This document shows positions 1 through 10,760 of a DNA stretch of 64,000 nucleotides, piece by piece (within the stretch, counting starts at the first letter, position 1; each line of letters starts with the position of its first letter). The position numbers were made by a program, and so were the translations under genes. Source of the DNA: an uncultured Acidobacteriaceae bacterium (GTDB lineage: Bacteria > Acidobacteriota > Terriglobia > Terriglobales > Acidobacteriaceae); the NCBI GenBank assembly GCA_963839215.1, contig CAWITZ010000006.1:46482-110481 (forward strand). The letters run 5' to 3'. The notes beneath the pieces are model-generated. The model saw only the letters and a list, made by a program, of their open reading frames with translations, was not told the DNA's origin and did no database searches.

Positions 1-162
1 ATGCTGCTGGTGCACCACACGGACGCCGACCGAGAGTACGCGTATGATCGCACGTCGTCTTTTGGCAAGCTCGATAAGGCCCTGGATGAAGCGAACGCGA
101 AGGGCTGGACAGTGGTGGACATGAAGACGGACTGGAAGGTGATTTTTCCGCCGGCACAATGA
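1..162 (+). CDS. 3' end of a HAD-like hydrolase (partial, runs in from left edge)
   Basis: Frame 1 reads ...LLVHHTDADREYAYDRTSSFGKLDKALDEANAKGWTVVDMKTDWKVIFPPAQ, stop at 160-162. The HHTDAxREYAYD...GWTVVDMKxDW tail is typical of secreted HAD/acid-phosphatase-like hydrolases. Confidence 0.7.
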   Translation: MLLVHHTDADREYAYDRTSSFGKLDKALDEANAKGWTVVDMKTDWKVIFPPAQ

Positions 163-183
163 GGGCGAAAGCATGCGGCGCGG

Positions 184-1005
184 TCAGGTGCGGGCGGGCG
201 GCTTGAGACCGAGCTCCTTCATTGCGATCTGCAGATCAGCCCAGGCCTCCTTTTTCTGCCGCGGATCGCGAAGCAGAAATGCGGGATGATAGGTGACGAT
301 GAGCCTTGCGCCGCGCAGAGAATGCACGCGCCCTCGGAGGCCGGCGAGAGGCTGGCGCTGGCCGAGCAGGTAGGTGGCCGCAGTGGCGCCGAGCGCGACG
401 ATCACCTCGGGATGCACGACGTCAATCTGACGGAAGAGGAATTGCGAGCAGGTGTTTGCCTCTTCCGGCTCGGGAGCGCGGTTGCCTGGAGGGCGGCACT
501 TGACGACGTTGGCGATGTAGACCTCTTCGCGCTTGATGCCCATTGCCGAAATCATGTTGTTGAGCAACTGCCCGGCACGGCCGACGAAGGGAATGCCCTG
601 CGCGTCTTCGTCTGCTCCGGGGCCTTCACCCACAAAAAACAGGCGGGCATGCGGATCGCCATCGCCGAAGACAATCTGGTTGCGGCCTTTGTGGAGCGCG
701 CAGCGCGTGCAATCGCCGATGTCTTCGCGGATGAGGCGCAGCGCGGTTTCACGGTCGGCGGCAGGAACAAGGGCGGCAGGTTGCGGAGGCGGCGGAGCGA
801 TGGGCTTGCGGGGCGGAATGGGATTTGTCTCCTCGGGTTCCGATGCGGAAAAGGCTGTGGGCGTGGCTGTCACCCGGTCTGCAAGCGCGGCGGCGAGTGC
901 TGGGTCGACGGGGCGGCGGTAAAGCTCAGTAAGGCCAAGGTCACGGTAGAAGCGCAGGCGTGCGGCAAGGGCCTGCTGTGTTGCGGGATCGAGCGAGGAC
1001 GGCAC
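184..1005 (-). CDS. udg: Uracil-DNA glycosylase, family 4 (4Fe-4S)
   Basis: CTRCALH cluster motif, VGEGPGADED motif A, KCRPPGNR, TYHPAFLLR motif B. Confidence 0.95.
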   Translation of the reverse strand: MPSSLDPATQQALAARLRFYRDLGLTELYRRPVDPALAAALADRVTATPTAFSASEPEETNPIPPRKPIAPPPPQPAALVPAADRETALRLIREDIGDCTRCALHKGRNQIVFGDGDPHARLFFVGEGPGADEDAQGIPFVGRAGQLLNNMISAMGIKREEVYIANVVKCRPPGNRAPEPEEANTCSQFLFRQIDVVHPEVIVALGATAATYLLGQRQPLAGLRGRVHSLRGARLIVTYHPAFLLRDPRQKKEAWADLQIAMKELGLKPPART

Positions 1006-1011
1006 CAGGAG

Positions 1012-2334
1012 CTACTCCACGACGAGCTGGCGGCGCGGAGGGAGCGCGGCGTCGGTTTGGTTCGATGACTGGCTGAGCCCATTGTGCGGCGAAGAGCCTG
1101 CTTCGCCGTGAGCGTCGGTTTCAACGAGCAGGGTACGCGGGCGACGGAGGGTGAGAATCTCGTCGAAGATGCGGTCGGCGAGCTTGCGCTTGGGCATTTC
1201 GTGGAGTTCGATGGCGGTGGAACTGGTGAGGAAGGTGGCGGCATTGGCGTCGGAGTCAAAGCCGGTGCGATCGCTGGAGACGTCGTTGACGACGATGGCG
1301 TCTGCGCCTTTGCGCAGAAGCTTGGCGCGGCCATTTTCCATGCGATTTTCAGTCTCGGCGGCAAAGCCGACGATGAGCTGGGCCGGTTTGCGGCGGCGTA
1401 CGACCTCGGCGAGGATGTCCTCAGTAGGCGCGAGCTCAATGGTGAGCGGGCCGCTGCGCCGAAGCTTGTGATCGGAGACGTTGACTGGGCGGTAGTCTGC
1501 CACGGCGGCGGCCTTGATGACCATCGTGGCCTCGCCCATCCGGTCGAGGACGGCGGCGCGCATCTGGTCCGCGGTGATGACCTTGACCACCTCGACGTGC
1601 GATGGCGGGTGCAGTGCGGATGGGCCGCTGATGAGGATGACGCGCGCGCCGCGGCTCTGCGCGGCTTCAGCAAGGGCGTAGCCCATTTTGCCGCTGGAGC
1701 GGTTGCCGAGGAAGCGCACAGGATCAAGAGCTTCGCGGGTGCCAGCGGCGGTGACGAGAACGATTTCGCCGGCGAGATCGTGACGGCGCCCGAGGGCGTT
1801 GAGGACGACGTCGGCTATGGCGTCAGGCTCGGCCATGCGGCCGGCGCCGACCATGCCGCAGGCGAGATCACCTGTGCCGGGGTCGATAACGCGCACATCC
1901 CGCTCGCGCAGGATGGCCAGATTGGCCTGGGTTGCAGGGTGATCCCACATGTTGACGTTCATTGCGGGTGCAACGAGGACCGGGGCGCGGGTGGCAAGGT
2001 AGGTCGTGGTGAGGAAGTCGTCGGCAATGCCATGTGCGAACTTGGCGAGGATGTTGGCAGTGGCCGGAGCGACAACGAGGGCGTCGGGCCAGAGAGCTTC
2101 GTCAATGTGCTCAATCGATGAATCACGCGCGCCTTCGCTGGTGGAAGCATCGTCCCATAGGCTTGTGATGACCTGGTGGCCGGTGAGCGCGGAAAAGGTG
2201 AGCGGCTGCACAAAGCGAGTGGCGGCCGTGGTCATGATGACGCGGACTTCAATGGCCTGCCGCTGCAAGGCCCGCACGAGCTCCGCTGCCTTGTAGGCGG
2301 CAATGCCGCCGGATACGCCAACCGTGACCTTCAT
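1012..2334 (-). CDS. coaBC: Bifunctional phosphopantothenoylcysteine decarboxylase/synthase
   Basis: MKVTVGVSGGIAAYKA, PAMNVNMW, ACGMVGAGRM, DPVRFLGNRSSGKMG, AAVADYRP, VGFAAET. ATG at 2334 preferred over the ORF-track start. Confidence 0.97.
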   Translation of the reverse strand: MKVTVGVSGGIAAYKAAELVRALQRQAIEVRVIMTTAATRFVQPLTFSALTGHQVITSLWDDASTSEGARDSSIEHIDEALWPDALVVAPATANILAKFAHGIADDFLTTTYLATRAPVLVAPAMNVNMWDHPATQANLAILRERDVRVIDPGTGDLACGMVGAGRMAEPDAIADVVLNALGRRHDLAGEIVLVTAAGTREALDPVRFLGNRSSGKMGYALAEAAQSRGARVILISGPSALHPPSHVEVVKVITADQMRAAVLDRMGEATMVIKAAAVADYRPVNVSDHKLRRSGPLTIELAPTEDILAEVVRRRKPAQLIVGFAAETENRMENGRAKLLRKGADAIVVNDVSSDRTGFDSDANAATFLTSSTAIELHEMPKRKLADRIFDEILTLRRPRTLLVETDAHGEAGSSPHNGLSQSSNQTDAALPPRRQLVVE

Positions 2335-2450
2335 AGAAGAATTGTAGAACGCCAACAAGAGAATGAGGCGGTGAACGCGACAAAGGCACAGCGGGCCTGC
2401 CGCCACAGCGCGATCAAGTGCGGCCTGAGCGCGAGCGAAACCCTCTAGAT

Positions 2451-2687
2451 TCAGGGAAGGATGGGAATGCCGCGGTCTTCAATCAGCGGCTTCGTCACGG
2501 GCACATCCTTCTTGACGTAAGCGATTTTGCCGGCATCGATTTCATCCTGAGCGACGCGGCAGGCCTTGGTGGACTGGCTGGCAATGAGCGCCGAAGAGCC
2601 ACTCTGGAGCTGGCGGGCACGTCGGGCGGCGACAAGGACCCTGCGGTAGTTCGAATCAAAGTCGGTTTCAATCATCATCGCTGTCAT
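2451..2687 (-). CDS. rpoZ: RNA polymerase omega subunit
   Basis: SNYRRVLVAARRARQLQSG...KACRVAQDEIDAGKI. GGAG RBS before ATG 2687. Conserved gmk-rpoZ-coaBC order. Confidence 0.85.
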   Translation of the reverse strand: MTAMMIETDFDSNYRRVLVAARRARQLQSGSSALIASQSTKACRVAQDEIDAGKIAYVKKDVPVTKPLIEDRGIPILP

Positions 2688-3410
2688 CTCCAAAAGGGAG
2701 TTGTTGCTGGCCGGAGGAGCCATTGATGCCAAAGGCCTCCAGCACCGGTTTAAGCCGCTCCCGTGAGTTCGCAATACGGCAGGCCGCGGCCACCTCTAAC
2801 ACCCTGCTGGACCGGTAGGCAATGGGTTCGCCGTTCCGGTAGAAGCGTTCGGCCAGGACGATGGCTTCGAGCTGCGCCACCGCCCTGTCGAGGATGTCGT
2901 TGACCAGAATATAGCCGTAATCGGCATAATTCTCAATTTCCTTGCTGGCCTCGCTGAGGCGGCGGTAAAGCTCGGACTCATTGACCACGCCCTCGGCGCG
3001 GCTGCGGTTGCGCAGACGGGTGCGGAGCACCTTGGGCGTGGGCGGCAGAACGAAGATGCTGACCGCTTCCGGCATGGCTTTGCGCACCTGGGCAGCACCC
3101 TGCACATCGATATCAAGCAGCAGGTCGTGGCCAAGCCGGCGCGCTTCGTCGAGCGAGTGGCGGGCGGTGCCGTAGTAGTTTTGCCGAAGACCTCGGCATG
3201 CTCAAGAAACATGCCTGCGTCGCGCATGCGCTCGAACTCTTCACGCGAGGTGAAGTAGTACTCACGGCCATTTTCTTCAGAGCCGCGCGGAGGCCTGGTT
3301 GTCCAGGAAATTGAGAAGTCGACACCGATGACCTGCTTGCGCAGCTCGCTGACCAGCGTGCTTTTGCCCGATCCAGAGGGTGCGGAAATGATGAATAGAA
3401 TTCCTGCCAC
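2668..3410 (-). CDS. gmk: Guanylate kinase (one frameshift near 3180, probable sequencing indel)
   Basis: N-half SAPSGSGKST...TTRPPRGSEENGREYYF...EHAEVFG (ORF 2796..3410) and C-half IDVQGAAQVR...IFVLPP...YILVND (ORF 2668..3105). Frame changes in the A run of GGCAAAACTACTAC. Confidence 0.93.
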
Positions 3411-3455
3411 TGTTCTCCAGTTCCCTTTCGTGGTCTTTTTGATCTGCTTCTATTG

Positions 3456-4355
3456 TTACTCAACGTTCTGAATTTGCTCGCGCGCTTTTTCGATTTCAGC
3501 TTTCATCGCGAGGCCCAGCTCGGTAATCTTCGTGCCCTTGCCGCCCACTCCGCCGGTTTTTGAAAGCAGGGTGTTGGCCTCGCGGTTCATTTCCTGGAGC
3601 AGGAAGTCGAGCTTCTTGCCTGCATCGCCGCCGGCGGCAAGCAACTCGCGGAAGTGGGCGATGTGGGTGACCATGCGGGCGAGCTCTTCGGAGATGTCGC
3701 TGCGGTCGACAAGAATGGCGACCTCTTCGAGGAGACGCTGGCGATTGAACTCGTTGCCAGTGGCGGCGGTGAGGCGCTGGGTGAGCCGCTCCTGGTAGCG
3801 CTGCTCGATCTCGGGCCGCAAGGCCGTAACGCCGGCGGTGGCTTCAGCGAGACGGTCAAGAGAGGCGGAGAGAATGGCTTCAAGGGCATCGCCTTCGCGA
3901 GACCGCATGATCTTGAGATCACGCAGGAGGGGCCCGATGTGCTGCAGGACGCTCTCGGCTAGCAGAGCGGTGTCGTCGTCACTGTTGCTTCGATTGTCGC
4001 CCTGCAGGGCGGCGGGCATACGGAGAATGGCATTGAGATCGGGCTCACCGAGGATGTTGAACTCATCGCGTGCAGCTTTAAAGGCCTCAAGGTAGCTGCC
4101 AACCAGTTCGCGATTGTAACCGGCCTTCTGCTGGGCAGAGCGTTCGACGGAGAGCATGAGCTCGACGTGGCCACGAATGAGGTTTTCCTTGAGAACGCGG
4201 CGCAGCTCCATTTCGAGGGCATCCATGTTCTGCGGTATGCGCAACTGAAGATCGAGGAAGCGATGATTCACGCTTTTGAGGCTGAGCGTGTAAAGGAGCT
4301 GATCGTGCACGCGAACCTGGGTGCGGGCAAACCCTGTCATCGAAGAGATCGGCAT
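3456..4355 (-). CDS. yicC: YicC/YloC family endoribonuclease
   Basis: SMTGFAR, KSVNHRFLDL, DISEELARM, GKKLDFLLQEMNREANT, KAREQIQNVE. Sits upstream of gmk. Confidence 0.95.
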   Translation of the reverse strand: MPISSMTGFARTQVRVHDQLLYTLSLKSVNHRFLDLQLRIPQNMDALEMELRRVLKENLIRGHVELMLSVERSAQQKAGYNRELVGSYLEAFKAARDEFNILGEPDLNAILRMPAALQGDNRSNSDDDTALLAESVLQHIGPLLRDLKIMRSREGDALEAILSASLDRLAEATAGVTALRPEIEQRYQERLTQRLTAATGNEFNRQRLLEEVAILVDRSDISEELARMVTHIAHFRELLAAGGDAGKKLDFLLQEMNREANTLLSKTGGVGGKGTKITELGLAMKAEIEKAREQIQNVE

Positions 4356-4360
4356 TCGTC

Positions 4361-6268
4361 TTATTCCCCTGCTCTGGTGGAAAGCTCCTGTTCAAGCGGC
4401 TGGTATTGCGCGAGCGGATCGAGCGCCGCGATGTCTGCGGGCGTATCGGGCGTATCCATGAACTGCAACTGGTAAAGGCGCTGGTAGGTGGGCGACGTGG
4501 TCAGCAACTCTTCATGCGGTCCGAGAGCGGTGACGCGGCCATCTTCAAGAACGGCAATTCGATTGGCGCGGCGAACGGTGCCGAGGCGATGCGCGATGAC
4601 GACGACAGTTCGGTTTTGCATGAGGTTGGCGAGCGCGGTCTGCACCAGCGATTCGCTTTCAGCATCGAGCGCAGAGGTGGCTTCGTCGAGGATGAGGATG
4701 GGCGAATCCTTGACCAGCGCGCGGGCAATGGCGATGCGCTGGCGCTCACCGCCGGAGAGCCGAAAGCCCTTTTCCCCGATGACGGTTTCGTAGCCCTGGG
4801 GCATGCGCAGGATGAAGTCGTGGGCGAGGGCGTTGCGCGCGGCCTTCTCGACGATTTCCTGGCTGATGTCCGGCTGGCCGTACGCGATGTTGTTGCGCAC
4901 GGTGTCGTTGAAGAGGATGGTTTCCTGCGTGACCTGGGCGATCTGACGGCGCAGCGAACTGAGAGTGAGGTCGCGGATGTCGTGGCCATCGATGAGAATG
5001 CGGCCGGAGGTGACGTCGAAGAAGCGAGGAATGAGATTGACGAGAGTGGTTTTGCCGGCGCCGCTGGGGCCAACGAGCGCGAGCACTTCGCCGGTGCCGA
5101 CGGTGAGATCGACGTTGTGCAGGATCTGGTGCTCGCCTTCTTCAGTGGAGTAGGAAAAGCCGACATCGTCGAAACGGATGTCCTGCTGGAAGCCCTTGAG
5201 AACCTGGGCGTGGGCTTTTTCTTTCACGTCGTCGCGAGCGTCAAGGAAGCCAAAGATGGAGCCAGAGGCGCCCATCGCCTGCTGAAAGCTGTTGTAGAAA
5301 CCGGCGAACTTGCGAACCGGGTTGTAGAGATTGAAGAGCGCGATGATGAAAGTGATGAAAACCTCGACGGTCATGCGGCCGTGGTTGATTTCATTGCGGC
5401 CGATCCAGAGCAAAAGCGCCATGGCAACGGAGCCGATGGTGTCCATGAGCGGAGAACTGATGGACTGGATGCGGACGCTGCGCAGGTTGGCGCGGAAGAG
5501 GCGCCGGGCAGCGGATTTGAAGCGGAGCGATTCCCAGATCTCCGTGCTGAAGGCCTTGACGATGCGGTTGCCAGTGATGGTTTCGTGGAGGATGTTCTGG
5601 ATTTCGGCGAGCTTGTCCTGGCCGGTGCGGGTGCGGGTGCGCACGGAGCGGCCGATGCGCCGCGAAGAGGTAATGACAACGGGGACGAAGAGCAGCAGGG
5701 CCCAGCTAAGCTGGCCGCCGAGCTTGACCACGAGAGCGGTGGTGAAGATGAAGGTGAAGGACTGCTGAAGGAATTCGCCCAGGACGGTGCTGACGGCCGA
5801 TTGCACGCGGTCAACATCATTGATGAGCGTGGAGAGGATGGTGCCGGTGGGATGGCGATGGAAGAAGCTGGAGGAGCGGCGCAGAATGACTTCGTAAAGA
5901 TGATTACGCAGGTCGGTGATCATGCCCAGGCCGGCGTAATTGACCAGATAGGTGCCAGCGTAGTCGCAGATGCCCTTGATGATGGTGGAACCAACGAGCG
6001 CAATGGCCACGACGGTAAGCGGATTGTGCACATGGAAGGACGGCGGAATGAAGCGGTGCACGTCGAACTGCCACCGCGGTGAAGCCGCGGGAAAAAGGGC
6101 AAGCGAGCTGGAAGGATTGTCGGGCTTGAGCACGACCGCGAGGATGGGGACGAAAAGCGCCATGCGCAGCGCGTCAAGCAGGCCCACGATCGCAAGAAGG
6201 AGCACCCCAGGCAGCCACTCAATCGAGTAGGGCAGCCCATACCGCAGAAGGGGAAAGAATTGCTTCAT
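4361..6268 (-). CDS. msbA: MsbA-like ABC exporter (TM domain + NBD)
   Basis: Multiple TM segments, Walker A GPSGAGKT, LSGGERQRIAIARA, ILDEATSALD, IAHRL. ATG 6268. Substrate (lipid A) is inferred. Confidence 0.85.
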   Translation of the reverse strand: MKQFFPLLRYGLPYSIEWLPGVLLLAIVGLLDALRMALFVPILAVVLKPDNPSSSLALFPAASPRWQFDVHRFIPPSFHVHNPLTVVAIALVGSTIIKGICDYAGTYLVNYAGLGMITDLRNHLYEVILRRSSSFFHRHPTGTILSTLINDVDRVQSAVSTVLGEFLQQSFTFIFTTALVVKLGGQLSWALLLFVPVVITSSRRIGRSVRTRTRTGQDKLAEIQNILHETITGNRIVKAFSTEIWESLRFKSAARRLFRANLRSVRIQSISSPLMDTIGSVAMALLLWIGRNEINHGRMTVEVFITFIIALFNLYNPVRKFAGFYNSFQQAMGASGSIFGFLDARDDVKEKAHAQVLKGFQQDIRFDDVGFSYSTEEGEHQILHNVDLTVGTGEVLALVGPSGAGKTTLVNLIPRFFDVTSGRILIDGHDIRDLTLSSLRRQIAQVTQETILFNDTVRNNIAYGQPDISQEIVEKAARNALAHDFILRMPQGYETVIGEKGFRLSGGERQRIAIARALVKDSPILILDEATSALDAESESLVQTALANLMQNRTVVVIAHRLGTVRRANRIAVLEDGRVTALGPHEELLTTSPTYQRLYQLQFMDTPDTPADIAALDPLAQYQPLEQELSTRAGE

Positions 6269-6372
6269 GCCGACCGGCCCGCCGTTGGTAAACAAAGCCC
6301 GGCCCGGGGCCACAGGTGGGAAGAAAGCTCCATGCCAGTATTGTAGCCGGGCGCGGAAACGGAAGAACGCGA

Positions 6373-7839
6373 CTAGCGGCCCGCACCTTTTTCGATAAGC
6401 CGGGTGGTGGAGAAGCCGTCGACGAGGGGAACGATGCGGACCTCGCCGCCCCAGGAAGCAAGTTCCTTTGCGCCAACGACCGAATCAGCCTGGTAGTCGC
6501 CACCCTTAACCAGGACGTCAGGCCGGGCGGCAACGATGAGATCGAGCGGCGTGGGTTCGTCGAAGACGACAACGGCATCGACAGCCGAGAGGGCAGCCAG
6601 GACACGCGCGCGATCCCGCTGGCTGACGATGGGCCGGGTGGGACCCTTGAGGCTGCTGACAGAAGCGTCGCTGTTAATGGCGACGATGAGGCGGTCACCG
6701 AAGCGGCGAGCCTGCTCAAGCACGGTGATGTGGCCGATGTGCAGCAGGTCGAAGCATCCGTTGGTAAAGACGACACGCTCGCCGTTGGCTTTCCAGAGCT
6801 GGATGCGCTGTACGAGCTCGTCGCGGGTGAGCACCTGATCTTCGGCGTGCAACGCGATCTGAGGACCGAGCGCTGCGAGAAGCTCGTGCTTTTCGACCGG
6901 GACGGTGCCGACCTTGCCAACGACGATGCCGGCGGCGACGTTGGCAAGCTGCACGGCGGTTTCCGGCTGCAGTCCAGAGGCAAGACAGAGCGCGAGAACA
7001 GCGATGACGGTGTCGCCCGCGCCAGAGACATCGAAGACCTGACGAGCTTGCGCGGGGGCCACGAAACGGTTGCCGGGGCGCAGGACAGCGATACCCTTCT
7101 CGCTCATGGTCGCGGTAAAAAACTCAATGTCGAGGTCGCTGACCATGGCCTCGGCCGCGGCGAGCAGCGGCTCGAGATCACCTGCGCTGAGGCGGGTGGC
7201 AGCAGCGAGCTCAGTTAGGTTGGGGCAGATGGTCGTTGCGCCGCGGTAGCGCGAGTAGTCCGGACTTTTGGGATCGACGAGAACGGGAATACCGCGCTTG
7301 CGGGCAGCCGAGATGAATGCCTGGCAAGCGGCTGGATTGAGAGAACCTTTTGCGTAGTCAGAGAGAACGAGAGCATCGCAGTTGGAGAGCCGGGCGAGAG
7401 CTGCTTCGATCAAGCGATCGTGAGTGGATTGCGCGACCGTGCCAGGACCCTCGAAGTCGAGACGGAGCATCTGCTGGCTGCCGCCAAGGATGCGGGTCTT
7501 GGTGATGGTGGGGAAATCCTCGCAGGAAATCAGACAGGGCTCAACACCGGCTGCGCGAAGGGTGGAGGCAAGGAGCTTTTCATCGTTATCGCCGCCGGTG
7601 ATGCCCACGACGACTGCCTGGGCGCCAAGGCCGGCGAGGTTGGCGGCAACGTTTGCGGCGCCCCCGGGCTTGGCCTCCTGGCGGTTGCCGCGAACAACGG
7701 GAACAGGAGCTTCGGGCGAGATGCGTCCCACGTCACCCCAAATATACTTGTCGAGCATGACGTCGCCGACCACAAGAAGACGCTTGCCTGCCCACTCGCG
7801 TTCAATTTCCTGAATTACCCGGTGCAGCTGGCCGATCAT
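6373..7839 (-). CDS. hldE: Bifunctional heptose-7-phosphate kinase / heptose-1-phosphate adenylyltransferase
   Basis: GDVMLDKY...RISPEAPVPV, PGGAANVA, DVSGAGDTV (PfkB-type kinase) plus TNGCFDLLHIGH, KGGDY (cytidylyltransferase-like). Confidence 0.96.
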   Translation of the reverse strand: MIGQLHRVIQEIEREWAGKRLLVVGDVMLDKYIWGDVGRISPEAPVPVVRGNRQEAKPGGAANVAANLAGLGAQAVVVGITGGDNDEKLLASTLRAAGVEPCLISCEDFPTITKTRILGGSQQMLRLDFEGPGTVAQSTHDRLIEAALARLSNCDALVLSDYAKGSLNPAACQAFISAARKRGIPVLVDPKSPDYSRYRGATTICPNLTELAAATRLSAGDLEPLLAAAEAMVSDLDIEFFTATMSEKGIAVLRPGNRFVAPAQARQVFDVSGAGDTVIAVLALCLASGLQPETAVQLANVAAGIVVGKVGTVPVEKHELLAALGPQIALHAEDQVLTRDELVQRIQLWKANGERVVFTNGCFDLLHIGHITVLEQARRFGDRLIVAINSDASVSSLKGPTRPIVSQRDRARVLAALSAVDAVVVFDEPTPLDLIVAARPDVLVKGGDYQADSVVGAKELASWGGEVRIVPLVDGFSTTRLIEKGAGR

Positions 7840-7912
7840 CGCGGCTCCCTTTCCTCACCCCGGCACACTTCCGGCGAACAGGTGGGCGGATCGTTGTTGT
7901 TATCATAACGGG

Positions 7913-8503
7913 GTGCCGGCCCAGCCAGACAGTGCATTGAAAGGCAACCTTCGCACGATCTTTCTGGATCGCGACGGGGTTGTGAACGAAAAAATGCCTG
8001 AAGGGCGCTATGTGACGAGCTGGCAGGAGTTCCGCCTGCTGCCGGGCGTGGCAGAAGCGATTGCGCGGCTGAATGGGGCGGGGCTGCGGGTGATCGTAGT
8101 CTCAAACCAGCGTGGAGTTGCGCTGGGGAAGTATGCGGCGAGCGATGTCGAGGCTATCCATGCCGAGTTGCAGAAGGTGCTTGCGGCGAGCGGTGCGCAT
8201 GTGGATGCCTTCTACTTTTGCCCCCACGACAAGCAGAGATGCAACTGCCGAAAGCCTTTGCCGGGAATGTTTGAGCAGGCGCAGCAGGCGTTTCCTGAAA
8301 TTCGCGCTGGAGAAAGCGCGATGATCGGCGACTCGCTTTCGGACATGGAATTTGGGCGCAGGCTGGGTATGGCGACGGTGTTCATCGAGGGCAATGTGGA
8401 GCGGCGGAAGCCCGGTGGGGAGACCGCGGCAGAGCTTGCCGACCAGCGATTCCCTGCCCTGCCTCAGGCAGTGGATGCAATTCTCAACAACCTCAAAGTT
8501 TAG
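7913..8503 (+). CDS. gmhB: D-glycero-D-manno-heptose-1,7-bisphosphate phosphatase (HAD-IIIA)
   Basis: [21 protein letters not shown]...[18 protein letters not shown]. Divergent from hldE. Confidence 0.9.
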   Translation: MPAQPDSALKGNLRTIFLDRDGVVNEKMPEGRYVTSWQEFRLLPGVAEAIARLNGAGLRVIVVSNQRGVALGKYAASDVEAIHAELQKVLAASGAHVDAFYFCPHDKQRCNCRKPLPGMFEQAQQAFPEIRAGESAMIGDSLSDMEFGRRLGMATVFIEGNVERRKPGGETAAELADQRFPALPQAVDAILNNLKV

Positions 8504-10709
8504 TAAGCGCGCAGATCGCGAATGGCCCTGAGAATGGTTTCGGGCTGCGGCAGAATTGCGTCTTCGAGCAGGGGCTGATAGGCAACGAAGGTGTCCATTG
8601 AGCCGATGCGGCGGACGGGCGCGTCGAGATCGCCGAAAAGCTCGTCGGCGATGCGGGCGGCGATTTCAGCGCCGTAACCCCAGCTGAGCATGTCTTCGTG
8701 CGCGACGATTACGCGACTGGTTTTGCGGACCGAGGTCGCGATGGCTTCCCAGTCGTAGGGATTGAGCGTGCGCAGGTCGATGATCTCGACCTCAATGCCG
8801 CTTTCGCGACTGGCCTTTTCAGCCGCCTGCAGCGCGCGGGGCACAATGGCGCCATAAGTGACAAGGGTGATATGCGTGCCAGGCCGGACGATCGAGGCCT
8901 TGCCGAAAGGGAATGGTGTAGTCGGGGCCGGGATAGGGCGCGCGACCATAAGTTTCGCGATAGAGCCGCTTGTGCTCAAGGAAAAGCACGGGGTCGTCGC
9001 AGCGGATGGCAGTGCGCAACAGGCCGTTGGCGTCGAGGGCGTTCGATGGAAAGACGACGCGCAGGCCGGGGAAATGGGTGAAGATGCTTTCGCCCGATTG
9101 CGAGTGATAGATGGCGCCGCCGGTCAGGTATCCGCCGATGGGCACACGCATAACGATTGGCGCGGCCCACGTCGCCATTGGAGCGCCAGCGCATGAGCGG
9201 CAGCTCATTGCGCATCTGGTGCATGGCGGGCCAGATGTAGTCGAAGAATTGGATTTCAACGACGGGCTTCATGCCGCGCACGGCGTAACCGATGGCGCGA
9301 CCGACGATGTTGGCCTCGGCGAGCGGGGAGTTGAAGACGCGCTCGGAACCGAACTCGGTCTGCAGGCCGGCGGTGAGCTTGAAAACGCCGCCCTTGCCTT
9401 TTACCTCGGAGAGGGCGGCTGCGCGGCTGGCATCGGCAACGTCTTCGCCGTAGACGACGATGCGGGGATCGCGGCGCATCTCGTCGTGCAGGCAGAGCGT
9501 TGATGAGGTCGGCCATGGTGCGGGGCGCCGCGCCTTCTTGCCGCATCTGGAGCTTGCGGCCGGCTTCGGCTGCTCGGTAGCAAACGCAGCGCTGGTGGGG
9601 TCCAGGTCTTCGGAGTAGACGTGCCTGGGAATGCTTGCAATCTCAGGCAATGGCGCCTGCAGGGCGCGGTCGGCGGCCTCGGCAACCTCGCGATCGAGAC
9701 GCTGCTCAAGCGCGTTGATTTCCTCTGCGCTGAGGATGCCTTCACGCAGCAGACGCATCTGCATCTTGGCGATCGGATCGCGCAGGGCATCGGCTTCGCG
9801 CTCGGCAGCCGAACGATAGAGCTTGTCATCGTCGGAGAGGGAGTGGGAGTACGGCCGGATGCCGTGGCCATGGATGAAGGCAGGGCCGTTGCCCGGCGCG
9901 GCAATGTTCGGCGGCAGCCTGAAAGGCGCGCAGGCAGAGCTCGGCGATCGGTGCCGTCAATCTCCGCGAAGTGGAAGTTGGGGAAATTGGCGACGAGCCG
10001 GGAGATGTTTCCGCCGGGCGTGTTGACCTCGACGGGCACGCTGATGGCGTAGCCGTTGTCTTCGACGCAGAAGATGACGGGCAGCTTCTGATTGGAGGCG
10101 GTGTTGAGCGCCTCCCAGAATTCGCCCTGCGAAGTGGAGCCTTCGCCGAGGCAGGTGAGGACGACTTCATCGCCGTGAAATTCAACGTCGCGGAAGGCGC
10201 GGTAATCGCCCTCGCGCTTTTGCAGCGGCCTCGGGATGCCGAGCATAATAGCGGCCAGCCTCAGCGCAGCCAACTGCGTGGAGCACTTGCGTGGCGGTCG
10301 AGGACGAGGTGCTGACGATGTGCAGCGGGCGGCTGCTCCAGTGGGTAGGCATCTGGCGGCCGCCGCTGGCAGGATCGGTAGCCGCGCCGACCGCCTGCAG
10401 GAACATCTCGTCAGGCGAGACACCCAGGGCCAGGCAGAGGGCGCGATCGCGATAGTAGGGGAAGAACCAGTCGTAGCCGGGGCGCAAGTGCGAGGCCGCG
10501 CCGACCTGAAGGGCCTCATGCCCGGCGCCGGAGATCTGGAAGAAGATTTTCTGCTGCCGCTTGAGCAGGATCTCGCGGTCGTCGATGCGACGGGAGAGAA
10601 ACATGAGCCGGTAGATCTCGACCAGTTGCTGAGGAGTAAGGCTTCCAGAACCGGCATCGCCGGGTTGCTTGCGAGCAGTCATTGAAACTGCAACTCCCAT
10701 TCCAGTCAC
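8500..10709 (-). CDS. Fused E1 alpha/beta 2-oxoacid (branched-chain/pyruvate) dehydrogenase, about 7 frameshifts
   Basis: Consecutive fragments in changing frames: [34 protein letters not shown] (TPP motif), [16 protein letters not shown]...[58 protein letters not shown]. Shifts near 10220, 9950, 9890, 9540, 9495, 9170, 8905. Confidence 0.9.
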
Positions 10710-10760
10710 TCCGGGATTCCAGATCTACCTGCGTCAACCCATTCCCGATTGTAACAACCA

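Noticed and set aside
184-1005. Phage-derived gene (family 4 UDGs are sometimes labelled phage SPO1 polymerase-related)
   Set aside because: It is an ordinary chromosomal UDG in the coaBC operon, with no phage genes around it.
3170-3190. Programmed frameshift in gmk
   Set aside because: A one-base change in an A run restores the conserved VFG.NYYGT. No slippery heptamer or stimulatory structure was seen, and similar indels occur across the window.
4406-6082. Long plus-strand ORF (558 aa)
   Set aside because: Antisense shadow of msbA in high-GC DNA, with no recognisable motifs.
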